From: an uncultured Actinomycetes bacterium
Lineage (GTDB): Bacteria > Actinomycetota > Acidimicrobiia > Acidimicrobiales > CADCTF01
Assembly: GCA_963750255.1 (NCBI GenBank)
Contig: CAVVPZ010000009.1
Span: 48,038 to 112,037, forward strand
Direction: 5' to 3'
DNA length: 64,000 nucleotides
Shown one piece after another: positions 18,186 through 28,800 of this stretch. The position numbers were made by a program, and so were the translations under genes. The notes below the pieces were generated by a model. It did not search any database. It had not been told where the DNA came from and saw nothing but the letters and a program-made list of their open reading frames with translations. Within the stretch, counting starts at the first letter, position 1. Every line of letters starts with the position of its first letter.

Positions 18186-19307
18186 TCAGGCCGGCTCCGA
18201 TGAGGTCAAGGGGGTCTCGTCGGCGCCGACGGTGGGCTCGAGCTTGAGGCGGCCAGCGCCCTCGTCGTAGAGGTTGCGCACCAGCACCTGCAGGATGCCG
18301 GCGGCCGGGATGGCCAGAAGCGCGCCGAGAAAGCCGAACAGTTCGACGCCGACGAGCACGCTGACCAAGACGGCCAACGGGTTGAGCGACACCGTGCGGC
18401 TCATGATCGTGGTCTGGAGCACGTGGTTTTCGAACTGTTGGTAGACGATGTAGAAGATCAGGGCCGCAATCCCCTTGCCCGGCGAGGCGAGGAAGGCGAC
18501 GCCGACGGTGGGGATGGCGCCGAGGGTGGCGCCGACGAGCGGGATGAGATCGGCGAAGGCGACCCACAGGCCGAGGACACCGGCGAACGGGACGCCGGCG
18601 ATCGTGAGGAAGAGGAAGGTCGACAGGCCGGCGACCACGCTGATGGCGAGGTTGCCGGCCATGTAGCCGGTGACTGCCTTCGCGCAGTCCGCGGCCACCG
18701 CCCGGGCCCGCTGGCGGTAACGCTCGTCGACGATGGCGAGGGTCGCGGCCGTCAGTTTGGGGCCCTCGAGCACCATCATGAACGTGAGGACGAAGATGGT
18801 GACGAAGGCGAAGACACCGCTGGCCACGCTGCGGGCGACCTCGAGCGCGGGGGCGCCAGCGCTCCGGAGGCTGTCTTGCCAACGCTGCTGATTGTCGGCG
18901 ATGTATTGGTCGATGTTGTAGCGCTGCACCAGGTGGCCGACCGGGCCCCGCCCCTGGCGCGCTTCCTCGACGAACTGCGGGAGGTCGTCGATGAAGCCGT
19001 TTACCTCTCGCACGATGGGCTGGATGAACAGCGCCAGCATCCCCGAGAGCAGCGAGAGGCCGAGGAGGAAGACGACGATCGTGGCCAAGGAACGGCGCAG
19101 GCCCTTGCGCTCGAGGAAGTCGACGGCGGGGGTCAGGACCACGGCGAAGAATCCGGCCACGATCAGGAGTCCGATGATGTGGGTGAGTCGCTGCAGGATG
19201 ACGAGGCCGAGCAACGTCGCCAGTACCAACGCGATGGTGGCGAGGATCGTGCGTACCGGCACCGGTCGCCGCTCGCTCTGGAGCAAGGGCCCGTCGGAGA
19301 TCGCCAT
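18186..19307 (-). CDS. AI-2E (UPF0118) family transporter
   Basis: Multi-TM; LIPLVGA, YQQFENH, GALLAIP; TACGGT 7 nt before ATG 19307. Confidence 0.93.
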   Translation of the reverse strand: MAISDGPLLQSERRPVPVRTILATIALVLATLLGLVILQRLTHIIGLLIVAGFFAVVLTPAVDFLERKGLRRSLATIVVFLLGLSLLSGMLALFIQPIVREVNGFIDDLPQFVEEARQGRGPVGHLVQRYNIDQYIADNQQRWQDSLRSAGAPALEVARSVASGVFAFVTIFVLTFMMVLEGPKLTAATLAIVDERYRQRARAVAADCAKAVTGYMAGNLAISVVAGLSTFLFLTIAGVPFAGVLGLWVAFADLIPLVGATLGAIPTVGVAFLASPGKGIAALIFYIVYQQFENHVLQTTIMSRTVSLNPLAVLVSVLVGVELFGFLGALLAIPAAGILQVLVRNLYDEGAGRLKLEPTVGADETPLTSSEPA

Positions 19308-19371
19308 CAGCCCCACCGTACCCCTGTCGGCTTCGTTCCGACCGGGACCCGGCGGCTAGCCTGATCACGCC

Positions 19372-19683
19372 ATGGGCCAGCCGATCTCCGTCGTCCTCAA
19401 GCCGTCCTCCAGCCCCGACACGGTCCGGTTCGAGACCAATCGGACGCTCACGGGGACCGGGCACGAGCGCTACACCTCGGCCGTCGAGGTCTCCGGCGAG
19501 CGCCCGCCCGACGAACTCGCTCGACGATTGTTCGCCGCAGGCGGCGTCCGGACGGTGCACATCCATTCCAACATGGTGTCGGTCGGGCTCGAGTCCGGGG
19601 CCAAGGCCGACGGGTTCGACGACATCATCCGCGAGCTCTACACGCACTACCGCCCGGGCGTGACCCCCTCCTTCGGCGAGTAG
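19372..19683 (+). CDS. Nfu/NifU N-terminal scaffold-like protein
   Basis: PDTVRFETNR...LARRLFAAGGVRTVHI...VSV pattern of the Nfu_N domain. Confidence 0.7.
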   Translation: MGQPISVVLKPSSSPDTVRFETNRTLTGTGHERYTSAVEVSGERPPDELARRLFAAGGVRTVHIHSNMVSVGLESGAKADGFDDIIRELYTHYRPGVTPSFGE

Positions 19684-19719
19684 GTCGAGCCCCTGCCATC
19701 GGACCCGTGGTCGGCGATC

Positions 19720-20937
19720 GTGGAGCGGCTCGACGATGCGGCCGCTCTCACGGGCATCGACCCTGATGTCCATCGCCTGCTCCGAGCGCCTCGCCGGGTG
19801 CTCGAGGTCTCGGTACCCGTCCGAATGGATGACGGCAGCGTCGAGATCTTCACCGGGTGGCGGGTACACCACGACACGACACGGGGTCCGGCCAAGGGCG
19901 GCATCCGCTTCCATCCCGAGGTCGATGCTCGCGAGGTGACGGCGCTGGCAGCCGGCATGACGCTGAAGACCGCCGTGCTCAACCTCCCCTTCGGCGGGGC
20001 CAAAGGTGGCGTGCGTTGCGATCCGGGGTCGCTCTCGCTCGGCGAACTCGAGCGGCTGACCCGTCGCTACACCTACGAGATCTCGCCGATCCTCGGCCCC
20101 GACAAGGACATTCCTGCACCTGATGTCAACACCGACGGACGGGTGATGGCCTGGCTGTACGACACCTTGTCGATGACTGCGGGAGTCGACATGCCGGCCT
20201 CGGTGACCGGTAAGCCGTTGGCCGTCGGCGGCACCCGCGGCCACGCCGGGGCCACCTCGACCGGCGTGCTCGTGACGGCGCGGGCCGCGTTTTCGGCACT
20301 CGACTTGCCTTTCGTGGGTGGCCGAGCGGTGATCCAGGGTTTCGGCAAGGTGGGCGGCCCGCTCGCCTTCCTCCTCGCCTCGGCCGGTATGCGGGTGGTG
20401 GCCGTGAGCGACGTCCGCGGCGCCGTCCACAACCCGGGCGGTCTCGATCCCGGGGACCTGGGCGATCATGTTGCTCGCACCGGGTCGGTGGCCGGCTTCG
20501 AGGGAGGCGACGAGATCGACCCGGACGACTTGTGGTCGGTGCCGAGCGACCTCTGCGTCCCGGCGGCGCTGGCTGGCGCGATCACGGCCGAGGTTGCAGA
20601 GACCCTCGGCGCCAAGGTGGTCGTCGAAGCGGCCAACGGCCCCACCACCCTCGACGCCGACCCCGTCCTGCACCGACGGGGCGTCGTCGTCGTGCCCGAC
20701 ATCCTCGCCAACGCCGGCGGAGTGACGGCCTCGTATTTCGAGTGGGTGCAGAGTCGTCAAGGAATGGCATGGGAAGAGGACGAGGTCGCCCTTCGTCTCC
20801 GGCGCAAGATGGACGATGCGTTCACCGAGGTGTGGGCCAAGTCCGAGGCGCTCAGCGTGAGCATGCGGCGGGCGGCGTTCGCCGTGGCTGTCGAACGGGT
20901 GGCCGACGCCATCGCCGCTCGCGGCCTCTTTCCCTGA
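19720..20937 (+). CDS. gdhA: Glu/Leu/Phe/Val dehydrogenase (glutamate dehydrogenase)
   Basis: GPAKGGIRFHP, PFGGAKGG, DIPAPD, VTGKP, QGFGKVG, EAANGP, PDILANAGGV, SYFEWVQ. Start uncertain. Confidence 0.95.
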   Translation: MERLDDAAALTGIDPDVHRLLRAPRRVLEVSVPVRMDDGSVEIFTGWRVHHDTTRGPAKGGIRFHPEVDAREVTALAAGMTLKTAVLNLPFGGAKGGVRCDPGSLSLGELERLTRRYTYEISPILGPDKDIPAPDVNTDGRVMAWLYDTLSMTAGVDMPASVTGKPLAVGGTRGHAGATSTGVLVTARAAFSALDLPFVGGRAVIQGFGKVGGPLAFLLASAGMRVVAVSDVRGAVHNPGGLDPGDLGDHVARTGSVAGFEGGDEIDPDDLWSVPSDLCVPAALAGAITAEVAETLGAKVVVEAANGPTTLDADPVLHRRGVVVVPDILANAGGVTASYFEWVQSRQGMAWEEDEVALRLRRKMDDAFTEVWAKSEALSVSMRRAAFAVAVERVADAIAARGLFP

Positions 20938-20950
20938 TTGGGAGGGAATC

Positions 20951-20965
20951 TTTAGCCGGGCTAAA
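20951..20965. promoter_or_regulatory. Probable MarR autoregulatory operator
   Basis: Perfect palindrome tttagcc-g-ggctaaa, 13 nt upstream of the marR ATG. Confidence 0.7.
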
Positions 20966-20978
20966 CAGTTGGTCAGCC

Positions 20979-21443
20979 ATGATGCCCGCCTCAGCACTCT
21001 CCTCCGGATCGCCGGCGGTCGACGTCGATGCCTCGCTGGTCGCCGGTCTCCGTCTCGTCGTGATGCGGCTCGGCCGCCGACTGCGACAACAGGCCGAAGG
21101 CGACGTGACCGCGTCGATGCTGTCCGCGCTGTCGAGCGTGGCCCGGCTCGGCCCGCTCACCCTCGGCGACCTCGCCGCCGTCGAGCAGGTCCAGCCGCCT
21201 TCGATGACCAAGATCGTGGCCAAGCTCGAAGAGCACGGGCTCGTCTCCCGCCGGCCCGACGAGCGCGATCGCCGCGTCGTCCAGGTCGAGGTGAGCGATC
21301 GCGGCGCCGACTACGTCGAACGCAGCCGGACGCTCAAGAACGTGTTCCTGGCCGAGCGGCTCGCGCACCTCGATGAGGCCGAGCAGGCCACGCTGGCTGC
21401 CGCCCTCCCGCTGCTCGAGCGCCTGGTCGAGGACGAGCGGTGA
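20979..21443 (+). CDS. MarR family regulator
   Basis: LTLGDLAAVEQVQPPSMTKIVAKLEEHGLVSR..DERDRR winged helix. Confidence 0.93.
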   Translation: MMPASALSSGSPAVDVDASLVAGLRLVVMRLGRRLRQQAEGDVTASMLSALSSVARLGPLTLGDLAAVEQVQPPSMTKIVAKLEEHGLVSRRPDERDRRVVQVEVSDRGADYVERSRTLKNVFLAERLAHLDEAEQATLAAALPLLERLVEDER

Positions 21444-22709
21444 AGTCGATCGCCCGCCAGACCTTTGCATCCCTCTCGGTTCGCAACTACAGGGTCTTCT
21501 TCTTCGGGATGTTGATCTCGGCCAGTGGCACGTGGATGCAGAGCGTGGCCCAGGGCTGGCTCGTCCTGAAGCTGACCGGGAGCGGCACGCTCGTCGGTCT
21601 CGTCACCGCTGCTCAGTTCGTGCCGATGCTCCTCGGCGGCGTGTGGGGTGGGGTCGTGGCCGACCGATTCGACAAGCGCCACATCCTCTTCGTCAGCCAG
21701 TCGATCCTCGCCTTCGCCGCTGGCCTGCTGGCCATCGTCACCCTCACCGGGATCGTCCAGGTGTGGATGGTGTTCGCATGCCGCGCTCCTCACCGGCTGT
21801 GGCACCGTGATCGACAACCCGACTCGGCAGGCGTTCGTGAGTGAACTCGTCGGGACCGAACGAGTGGCCAACGCCGTGGCGCTCAACAGCGCGATGTTCA
21901 ACGCCGCCCGCATCGTCGGCCCCGCATTGGCGGGCCTGTTGATCCTCGTCGCCGGTACCGGCACCTGCTTCGCCTACAACTCGGTGTCGTACCTGGCGGT
22001 GTTGTTCTCGTTGACCCGCATGCGTCCGAACGAATTGTTCCGGGGCAAGCCGACGGGCCGGAGCAAGGGGCAGATCCGGGCGGGACTGTCCTACGCCTGG
22101 GCGACACCCGAGCTCCGATCCACCATTCTTCTCGTCGCCGTGGTCGGGACGTTCGCGCTCAACTTCACGGTGTTGATGCCGCTCCTGGTCGAGTTCACCT
22201 TCGAGGCAGGACCGGGGACGCTGGGACTGCTGACCTCGGCCATGGGCGCCGGCTCGATGGTCGGGGCGTTGGTCGCCGCCGCCCGAGCCAAGCCCACCCC
22301 GCGCCTCTTGATGGGGGCGTCGGGGGCGCTCGGCCTGTCGATGCTCGGCGTGGCCGCCTCCCCCAACCTCATCGTGGTCGCCGTGTTGTTGGCCTTGACC
22401 GGGGCGTCGACGATCACGTTCCTGTCGACGGCCAACACCATGCTGCAGCTGTCGTCGACCACGGAGATGCGCGGTCGGGTCATGTCGCTCTACCTGTTGG
22501 TGTTCCTGGGCAGCACGCCGATCGGCGGCCCGATCGTGGGCGCCATCGCCGAAGCCCTCAACCCCCGGGTCGGGTTCGTGGTCGGCGGCGTCGCCTCGAT
22601 CGTGGGCGCCTTCGGCGCCGCCAACGGCCTGATGCGGGCCAGGCGTCGCACGTTCCGGAACCTGCGCGACGAGCCGTCGCTGGCCGCCTCGGAGCCCGCT
22701 GCACTCTGA
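21440..22709 (+). CDS. MFS transporter (apparent +1 indel near 21781)
   Basis: GTWMQSVAQGWLV, GVVADRFDKR, NAVALNS, MRGRVMS; GTGA overlap with marR. Confidence 0.92.
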
Positions 22710-22827
22710 ACAGGGATCACCTGGGAGTTCGTTCCAACCGCCGCTCAGGGTGATATTTTCGCCGGAGATAGCCGCCTGGATGGCGGTGGACGCGCCGGGG
22801 ATTCCCGGAGGCACGGCGGAGGTAGCA

Positions 22828-25800
22828 GTGACAACGACGGATCGACATCGGCCGCGCTCGCTCGTGGGCCTGGTCGGAGTACTGCTGGTGGCGTTGTTGG
22901 CGGTCGGGTTGCCGGTCGCGGCCACCACCCCGGCTGCTGCGGCGGGCGCCGGCACGGGCGTCGGCGGTGCCGTGCTCGGCCCCGGGGCGACCGGGCGGTC
23001 GGGGATCGTGGTTTCGGCCTACGACTCCTCGGCGTCCGCCGACGCAGCACCGGCCGGACAGGCGACATCGGGCGCAGGCGGCGCCTACGCCATCGACCTG
23101 GCGCCGGGCCGCTATCGCCTCGCCGCCGTCCCGCCGGTCGACGATCCCGACATGCTGGTGTCAGCAGAGGACTTCGTCACCGTTGTCGATGCCAAGCGCG
23201 CGCCGCTCGACTTCCGCCTCGAAGTGGGCAACGTGCGCGGTGTGGTCCGCTTCGCGGACTCGACACCGGCCGCCGGGGCCAGGGTCGAGGCGTTCAGCGC
23301 CGACGGCTACGACGAGTTGACCGATGGGCGCACCTATGCCGACGGCTCCTACCGGCTGGCGGTGCCCGCCGGCGAACAGCAGGTCGTTGCGTCGCCTCCG
23401 GTCGGCGACCCCATGGGCCACGTCACCACCCGCCAGCCGGTCACGGTGCCGGCCTCGGGGCCGGTGACCGCCGACGTCACCCTTCGCCTGCCCAACGTGC
23501 GTGGCTCGGTCTTCGCCCCAGGCGGCACCACGGGCGTTGGCGGGGTGATGGTCGTGCTCACTGGTGAGTTCGACCGGCCCGTGCCTGGCGGTACGACGAC
23601 GGCGGCCAACGACGGCACGTTCGGCTTCGCTGTCGAACCCGGCAACTACCGGATCCAGGCCTTCCCACCCAGCGACAACCCCAACAGTTGGGTCGACAAC
23701 ACGGTGTCGTTCGCTGTTTCGGCGGGAGACACGGCGGCGGCCCCTCGACACCAGAACGTCGAACTTCGCCAGCCGACGCTCCGCGGTCGAGTGCTGACGC
23801 CCTCCGGCGCCCCGGCGCCGAACGCCTTCGTGCACCTCTTCCACCCGGCCTCGGGCCAGTTGCTTTTCGGGTCCGCCGACCAGAACGGCAACTACGGCTT
23901 GGTCACGCCCGAGGGACCGGTGTCGATCTACCTCTACCCGGCAGTCCAGACCGTGGAGTACCTGAACACAACCGTGGACTTCACCGTCGGGCCCGCACCC
24001 TTCGTGCGCGACCTCACGTTCGACGCGCCCAACGTGACGGGCACTGTTCGCAGCCCAGACGGAGCGCCCGCGGCTGACCTCACGGTGCAGGCCTTCGCTG
24101 GGCCTGGTACCGGCGCCTCCAATGACCTGACGTACTCGGTCACCGACGAACTCGGGCGCTACGCCATGCGGCTGTCGCCGGGGACGTGGCGCGTGGTCGC
24201 CGAACCCCCTGAACCCAATCCGGCCCAGTGGGGACGCGCCGCGGTCGACATCTTCGGGCCCGATGCCGAGCCGATCGTCGTCAACCTCGACCTCGGCCCC
24301 AGCGCAGCACCGGCCTACGCGCTCGCCCCGTTCGGTTCCACGATCAAGGGGTACCCGGTGCTGGAGGTGCGGGCGCCGGCAGTTAGCGGTGATGGTGCGA
24401 TCACGGCGGCGTTCGTCCGGCTTCAGGGTGACGCCATTCCGGGCGGCGGCGTCTGCGACAGCGAGACCTGCACGCCCTCGCACGAGACGATCAGGACGGT
24501 CGCCTACCGGGGCGCCGGCGGATCGTTCGATCTGCTCACCAACGCCGACGGCGACTACCCCGACCGCGGCTTCTCGGGCCGGCCGGCACTCAGCCGCGAC
24601 GGCAACGTCGCCGCCTTCTGGTCGGAGGCCACCAATCTCGACCCGGCCAAGCCCGACAACGGCAACGAGGAGCTATTCGTCCACCACCGGACGACCGGCA
24701 CCCTGACTCGTCTGCCCCTGGCCGACGATCGGTGGCTGCCCGACAACAACGATGGCATCGCCCTCAGCGCGGACGGGAACACGGTCGCGTACGCCGTCGA
24801 CGGCTTCGCCTTCGACACCGGCGATCCCATCCAGGAGTTGATCGTCGCCCACTTCGACACGGGCGGTGCCTTGACCGGCCAGGACGTGGTGGCCGCGGCT
24901 CGCGGGATCGGCGTACCCGGCCTCAGCCCAGACGGCACCACGGTGGCCTGGGCGCAACTCGATGCGCCGCCGAGCGACCCCTACGGCGGTGTTCGCTGGA
25001 CCTTGCGGGTACTCGATCTCGGATCCGGCCTCGTCGACCCTCTGACTCCCGACGTGTACGCCGAAGGCACCCGGTGGGACCGCGACGACATCGCCGCCCC
25101 GTCGCTGAGCGAGGACGGGAGCCGAGTGGCCTACATCCGCTCGCGGTATGACACGCCCTCGGTCGCCCGTCTCCTCGATCGCCGCGATGGCGGCGCGGTT
25201 GTCGACGGGGCCGTTGACGTGTTCGGCTCTGACGGGCCGGCCACTCGGCGCGGTGTCACCGACGTCGACCTCAGCCCCGATGCAACCATGCTGGTCTTCG
25301 CGGCCTCGGGCCCGGAGGTCGATGCCGAGGAAGCCCAGGCGTGGCGGCTGAACCTGGTCTCCGGCGAACGCACACTGATCTCCGAGACGCCGGGACGTCG
25401 CCGCGCCGACCGTTCGGTGTACTCGGCCGAGGCTAACGACGACGCGACGGCGGTTGCGCTCGAGACCCAGGCCACCAACCTCGTGCCAAATCAAGGCGGT
25501 GGCCTGGTCGTCGTCGTGGCCAGACTGGCCGAGACGACGCCACCGGTGTGGCCTGACGACGCCTCCCTGGTCGCCGGTGACGGCGATGTCGGCACGAGGT
25601 CGGTGCGGATCCACTGGTCGGCGGCGACCGACGACCAAGGCGTCACCGGCTATCGGATCTACCAGGACGGCGTGTTCGTGCGACAGGTCGGAGCTGCGGC
25701 GCGTTCGGCGCTGATCGAGGGTCTGGCCCCCGACACCGTCTTTCGCTTCAAGGTCGAAGCGGTCGACGGCGGCGGCAACGAGACAACCGACGGACCGCGC

Positions 25801-28800
25801 CTCGTGGTGCGCACGCTGCCGTCGAACACGACTGCCCTGCTCCCGCTGCGGGCCACCGCGTCCGAAGGCGGCGTGATCCACCTCGCGTGGGATCTGGCCG
25901 GTGATGACGTGACCGGGTTCATCGTGCGCCGAAGTGTCGGCGACACGATCGCCTCGGAGGCCACCCTGGCGAAGACGGCGACCACGTACGACTTCGCCGG
26001 CCTGCCCGCCGGGTCAGTGAACGCCGTGGAGGTGCTGGCCACGACAGCGGAAGGCACCCGCCGCTACACGACGACGACCACCATCACGGTGCCGCCACTC
26101 ACCATCACCGTCGTCGACTGGTCGGTCGACCTCGTCCGAGCCGGACTGGCCCGACGGGGTGGCGAGGCCAAGCTCGTGGCTCGTGGCGAGCGGGGTCGCA
26201 CCATGGCGGGCCTGGTCTCCTACACCAGCTGGTACGACGTCGGCGGCGTCATGCAGGCAGCGCCGGTGGCCCGCACGGCCCAGGTGCCGATGGGCGAGGA
26301 CCCGGCCACGCCCGGCGTCTACCGCGGCACCTTCCCACTGCTCGACGGCACGGCATCGGTCACCGGTGTCACGGGGATCATCTCGGACGGGTCCGGCTCG
26401 TCGGTGGAGCGGGTGGCGGCCCGCCCGGCCGTTGCAGTCAGCGGCGACCTTCGCGTACGCGTCGACGCCCCGGCCGGCTCGATCGACGACTCGTTGCTCC
26501 AGGTCTCCAGCGCCGCGGCCACCGTTGGCTTCTCCACGCCGATCTCTGGCGGGGGCGTGACGGTCGTCGGCCCCAACGCCCCGGCAGCGGACTTCCGCGT
26601 GGCCGTGCTCGACCACCTCCGTCGAGAGACCGCATTGGCACAACCGGTGTCCGTCCGACCGGGGCTCGTCACCGACGTCACCGTGGCTCCCACCCTCCCG
26701 GCCACCCTTCGGGTCGACGTCACCGATGAGACCGATGCGGTTGTCGGCGGCTTCCCGCTGCAACTGACGCGGCCCGACGGACAGTGGTTGGCGGGCGTCG
26801 ATGCCCCTCGGTCGGGCCCGGCGACGTTCTCGAACCTGCTGGCCGGAACCACGGTCGACCTCCGGGCGATCCTTCCCCTCGACACCCTGTTCGAGGAACC
26901 GGAACAGCCCCGCGTCACGCTCGTCCCCGGCGAGAACCACGTGCCCCTCCGCCTTCGGAGTGTGCCGCGCCGCTCCGTCACCGGCCGCGTCAAGTTCGAG
27001 GATGGAGATCCGGTCACCGAGGGCACGGTCACGGTGACCCAACGGGCGCGGAACTTCGACCACAGCTTCTCGGCGCCGATCTCCTCCGACGGCAGCTACG
27101 AGGTGGAGGCCCTTCCGGGTCAGGCCATGATCACGGCGCGAGCCGGCGTGTTGCGCGACGCCCGGGATGTCACCCTCGGCGTGGCACCGGCGATCGAGGA
27201 TTTCACCCTGCGCGGCCAACGTGGCTACCTGCTCGGTATCCGACTCTTCACCCGCTCTCCGGGCGCGGCAGAGGAAATCGGCCCCATCCCCGTCGACTGG
27301 CGCACGGCGGTCCACCTCGGCTTGCGGATCGAGGTCGCCGGGCGGATCGCGCCCACCTATGACCTGAGCTCCGATGAGGCCGGCGTCCCCCGCGCCGTCG
27401 TCGCCGCCAGGCCCGGCGAGGAGGTGCAGGTGTGTGCCTCGGGCGTCGAGGGCGGGTTTGCACCGGCCTGTGCATCCTCGATGCTGACGACGGACGTCCA
27501 TCCGACGGTCGAACTCCACCTCGGTCCCCGCGTCGTCACGCGGGCGCACGTGTCCGGTCCCGGTGCAGACGCCCCGACGGCCCGGCTGTTCAAGGTGACT
27601 GGGTCGGCCCGCGAGCTGGTGGGGACCTACGCCAGCCAGAGCCCGAACGTGGCCGTCGCCGTTCCCGCGCCGGGCAACTACGTGCTCGAGGTGGCCAGCG
27701 CCGGTGGCCGGGGGAGCGCGTCCTTCTCCACCGACGGCACCGCCGACATCGATCTCGGCACCATTGCGCTGGTGGCGGCGCGCCAGTTCTCGTCGGCCGT
27801 CAACGCTGTATTGGCGCAGCGACCCGAGGTGCTCCCCGGCGAAGACGTCGAGTTCCGAGCCTCGTGGCGCAACGACGGCGCCCAGCCGGCCACCACGGCC
27901 GTGCTCGACGTGACCGTCCCCACCGGCTCGACGCTGGTGCCGGACAGCGCAGTGCTCGGGACCTCGCCGGTCGCCGTGCGTCCCACGGCGACCGGGTTCG
28001 AGGTCGACCTCGGAACGATCGCCCCCACCCAGGAAGGGTCGCTGCGCTACCGCCTTCGGGCCGCAGCCGACTCCGCCGGCATCCTCCTCGGTTCGGCCGC
28101 CATCCGCTTCGTTGCCGGCGGCACCGCCTTTCGCGACGCTTTGGTACCGACGTCGATCGACGTGGCGGCCTTGACCTTCGACGCCCCGGAACGAAGCGAG
28201 TCGCTGTTGGTGCCGGTCTCGGGGCGGGCACCGGCCGGCACGACCGTCGTTCTGGCCGACGACGGGGCTGTCGTCGGCCAGACGACCGCCGGGCCCGGTG
28301 GCTTCTGGCGGACCGACCTCGCCCTGAGCGACCTCGGCATGTTCCAGCCCGACCACCACCTCGTGGCTGCCGTCTCGTCGGGCGGCTCGATCCACTCCCT
28401 CGAGCGCACGGTGGCCGTCGACACCAGCGGCCGCCCAGTCATCACCTCGGTGTCGATGTTCCAACAGGATCCGCAATTCAAGAACGGGCGTCGCTTCACC
28501 TTCGATCCCCGGCGCGGGATGGCCCGGTTCCCGTTCGTCGTCGTGCCCAACCAGGCCACGATCATCGAGATGACTTACGACCATCCCGAGCGGGTGGCGG
28601 AGGCGAGGATCCACATCGGTGACCGCGCCATCCCGATGACGGCCGGCGACGACGGGAAATACCGCGGCACGTTCACCGGCTACCCGTCGGGCTCGATGGC
28701 GGTCGAGAGCGCCGGACTGCCAGCCCCCCTCGATCTCACCCAGCCGGGCCCCACACCGGCACAGACCCGGGCCAACTTGCCGTGGTACCTCCAGAACCTC

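Noticed and set aside
16972..20997. 1341-aa ORF
   Set aside because: Only the last 403 aa are real; the rest is off-frame or antisense to the AI-2E and gdh genes, as is common at high GC.
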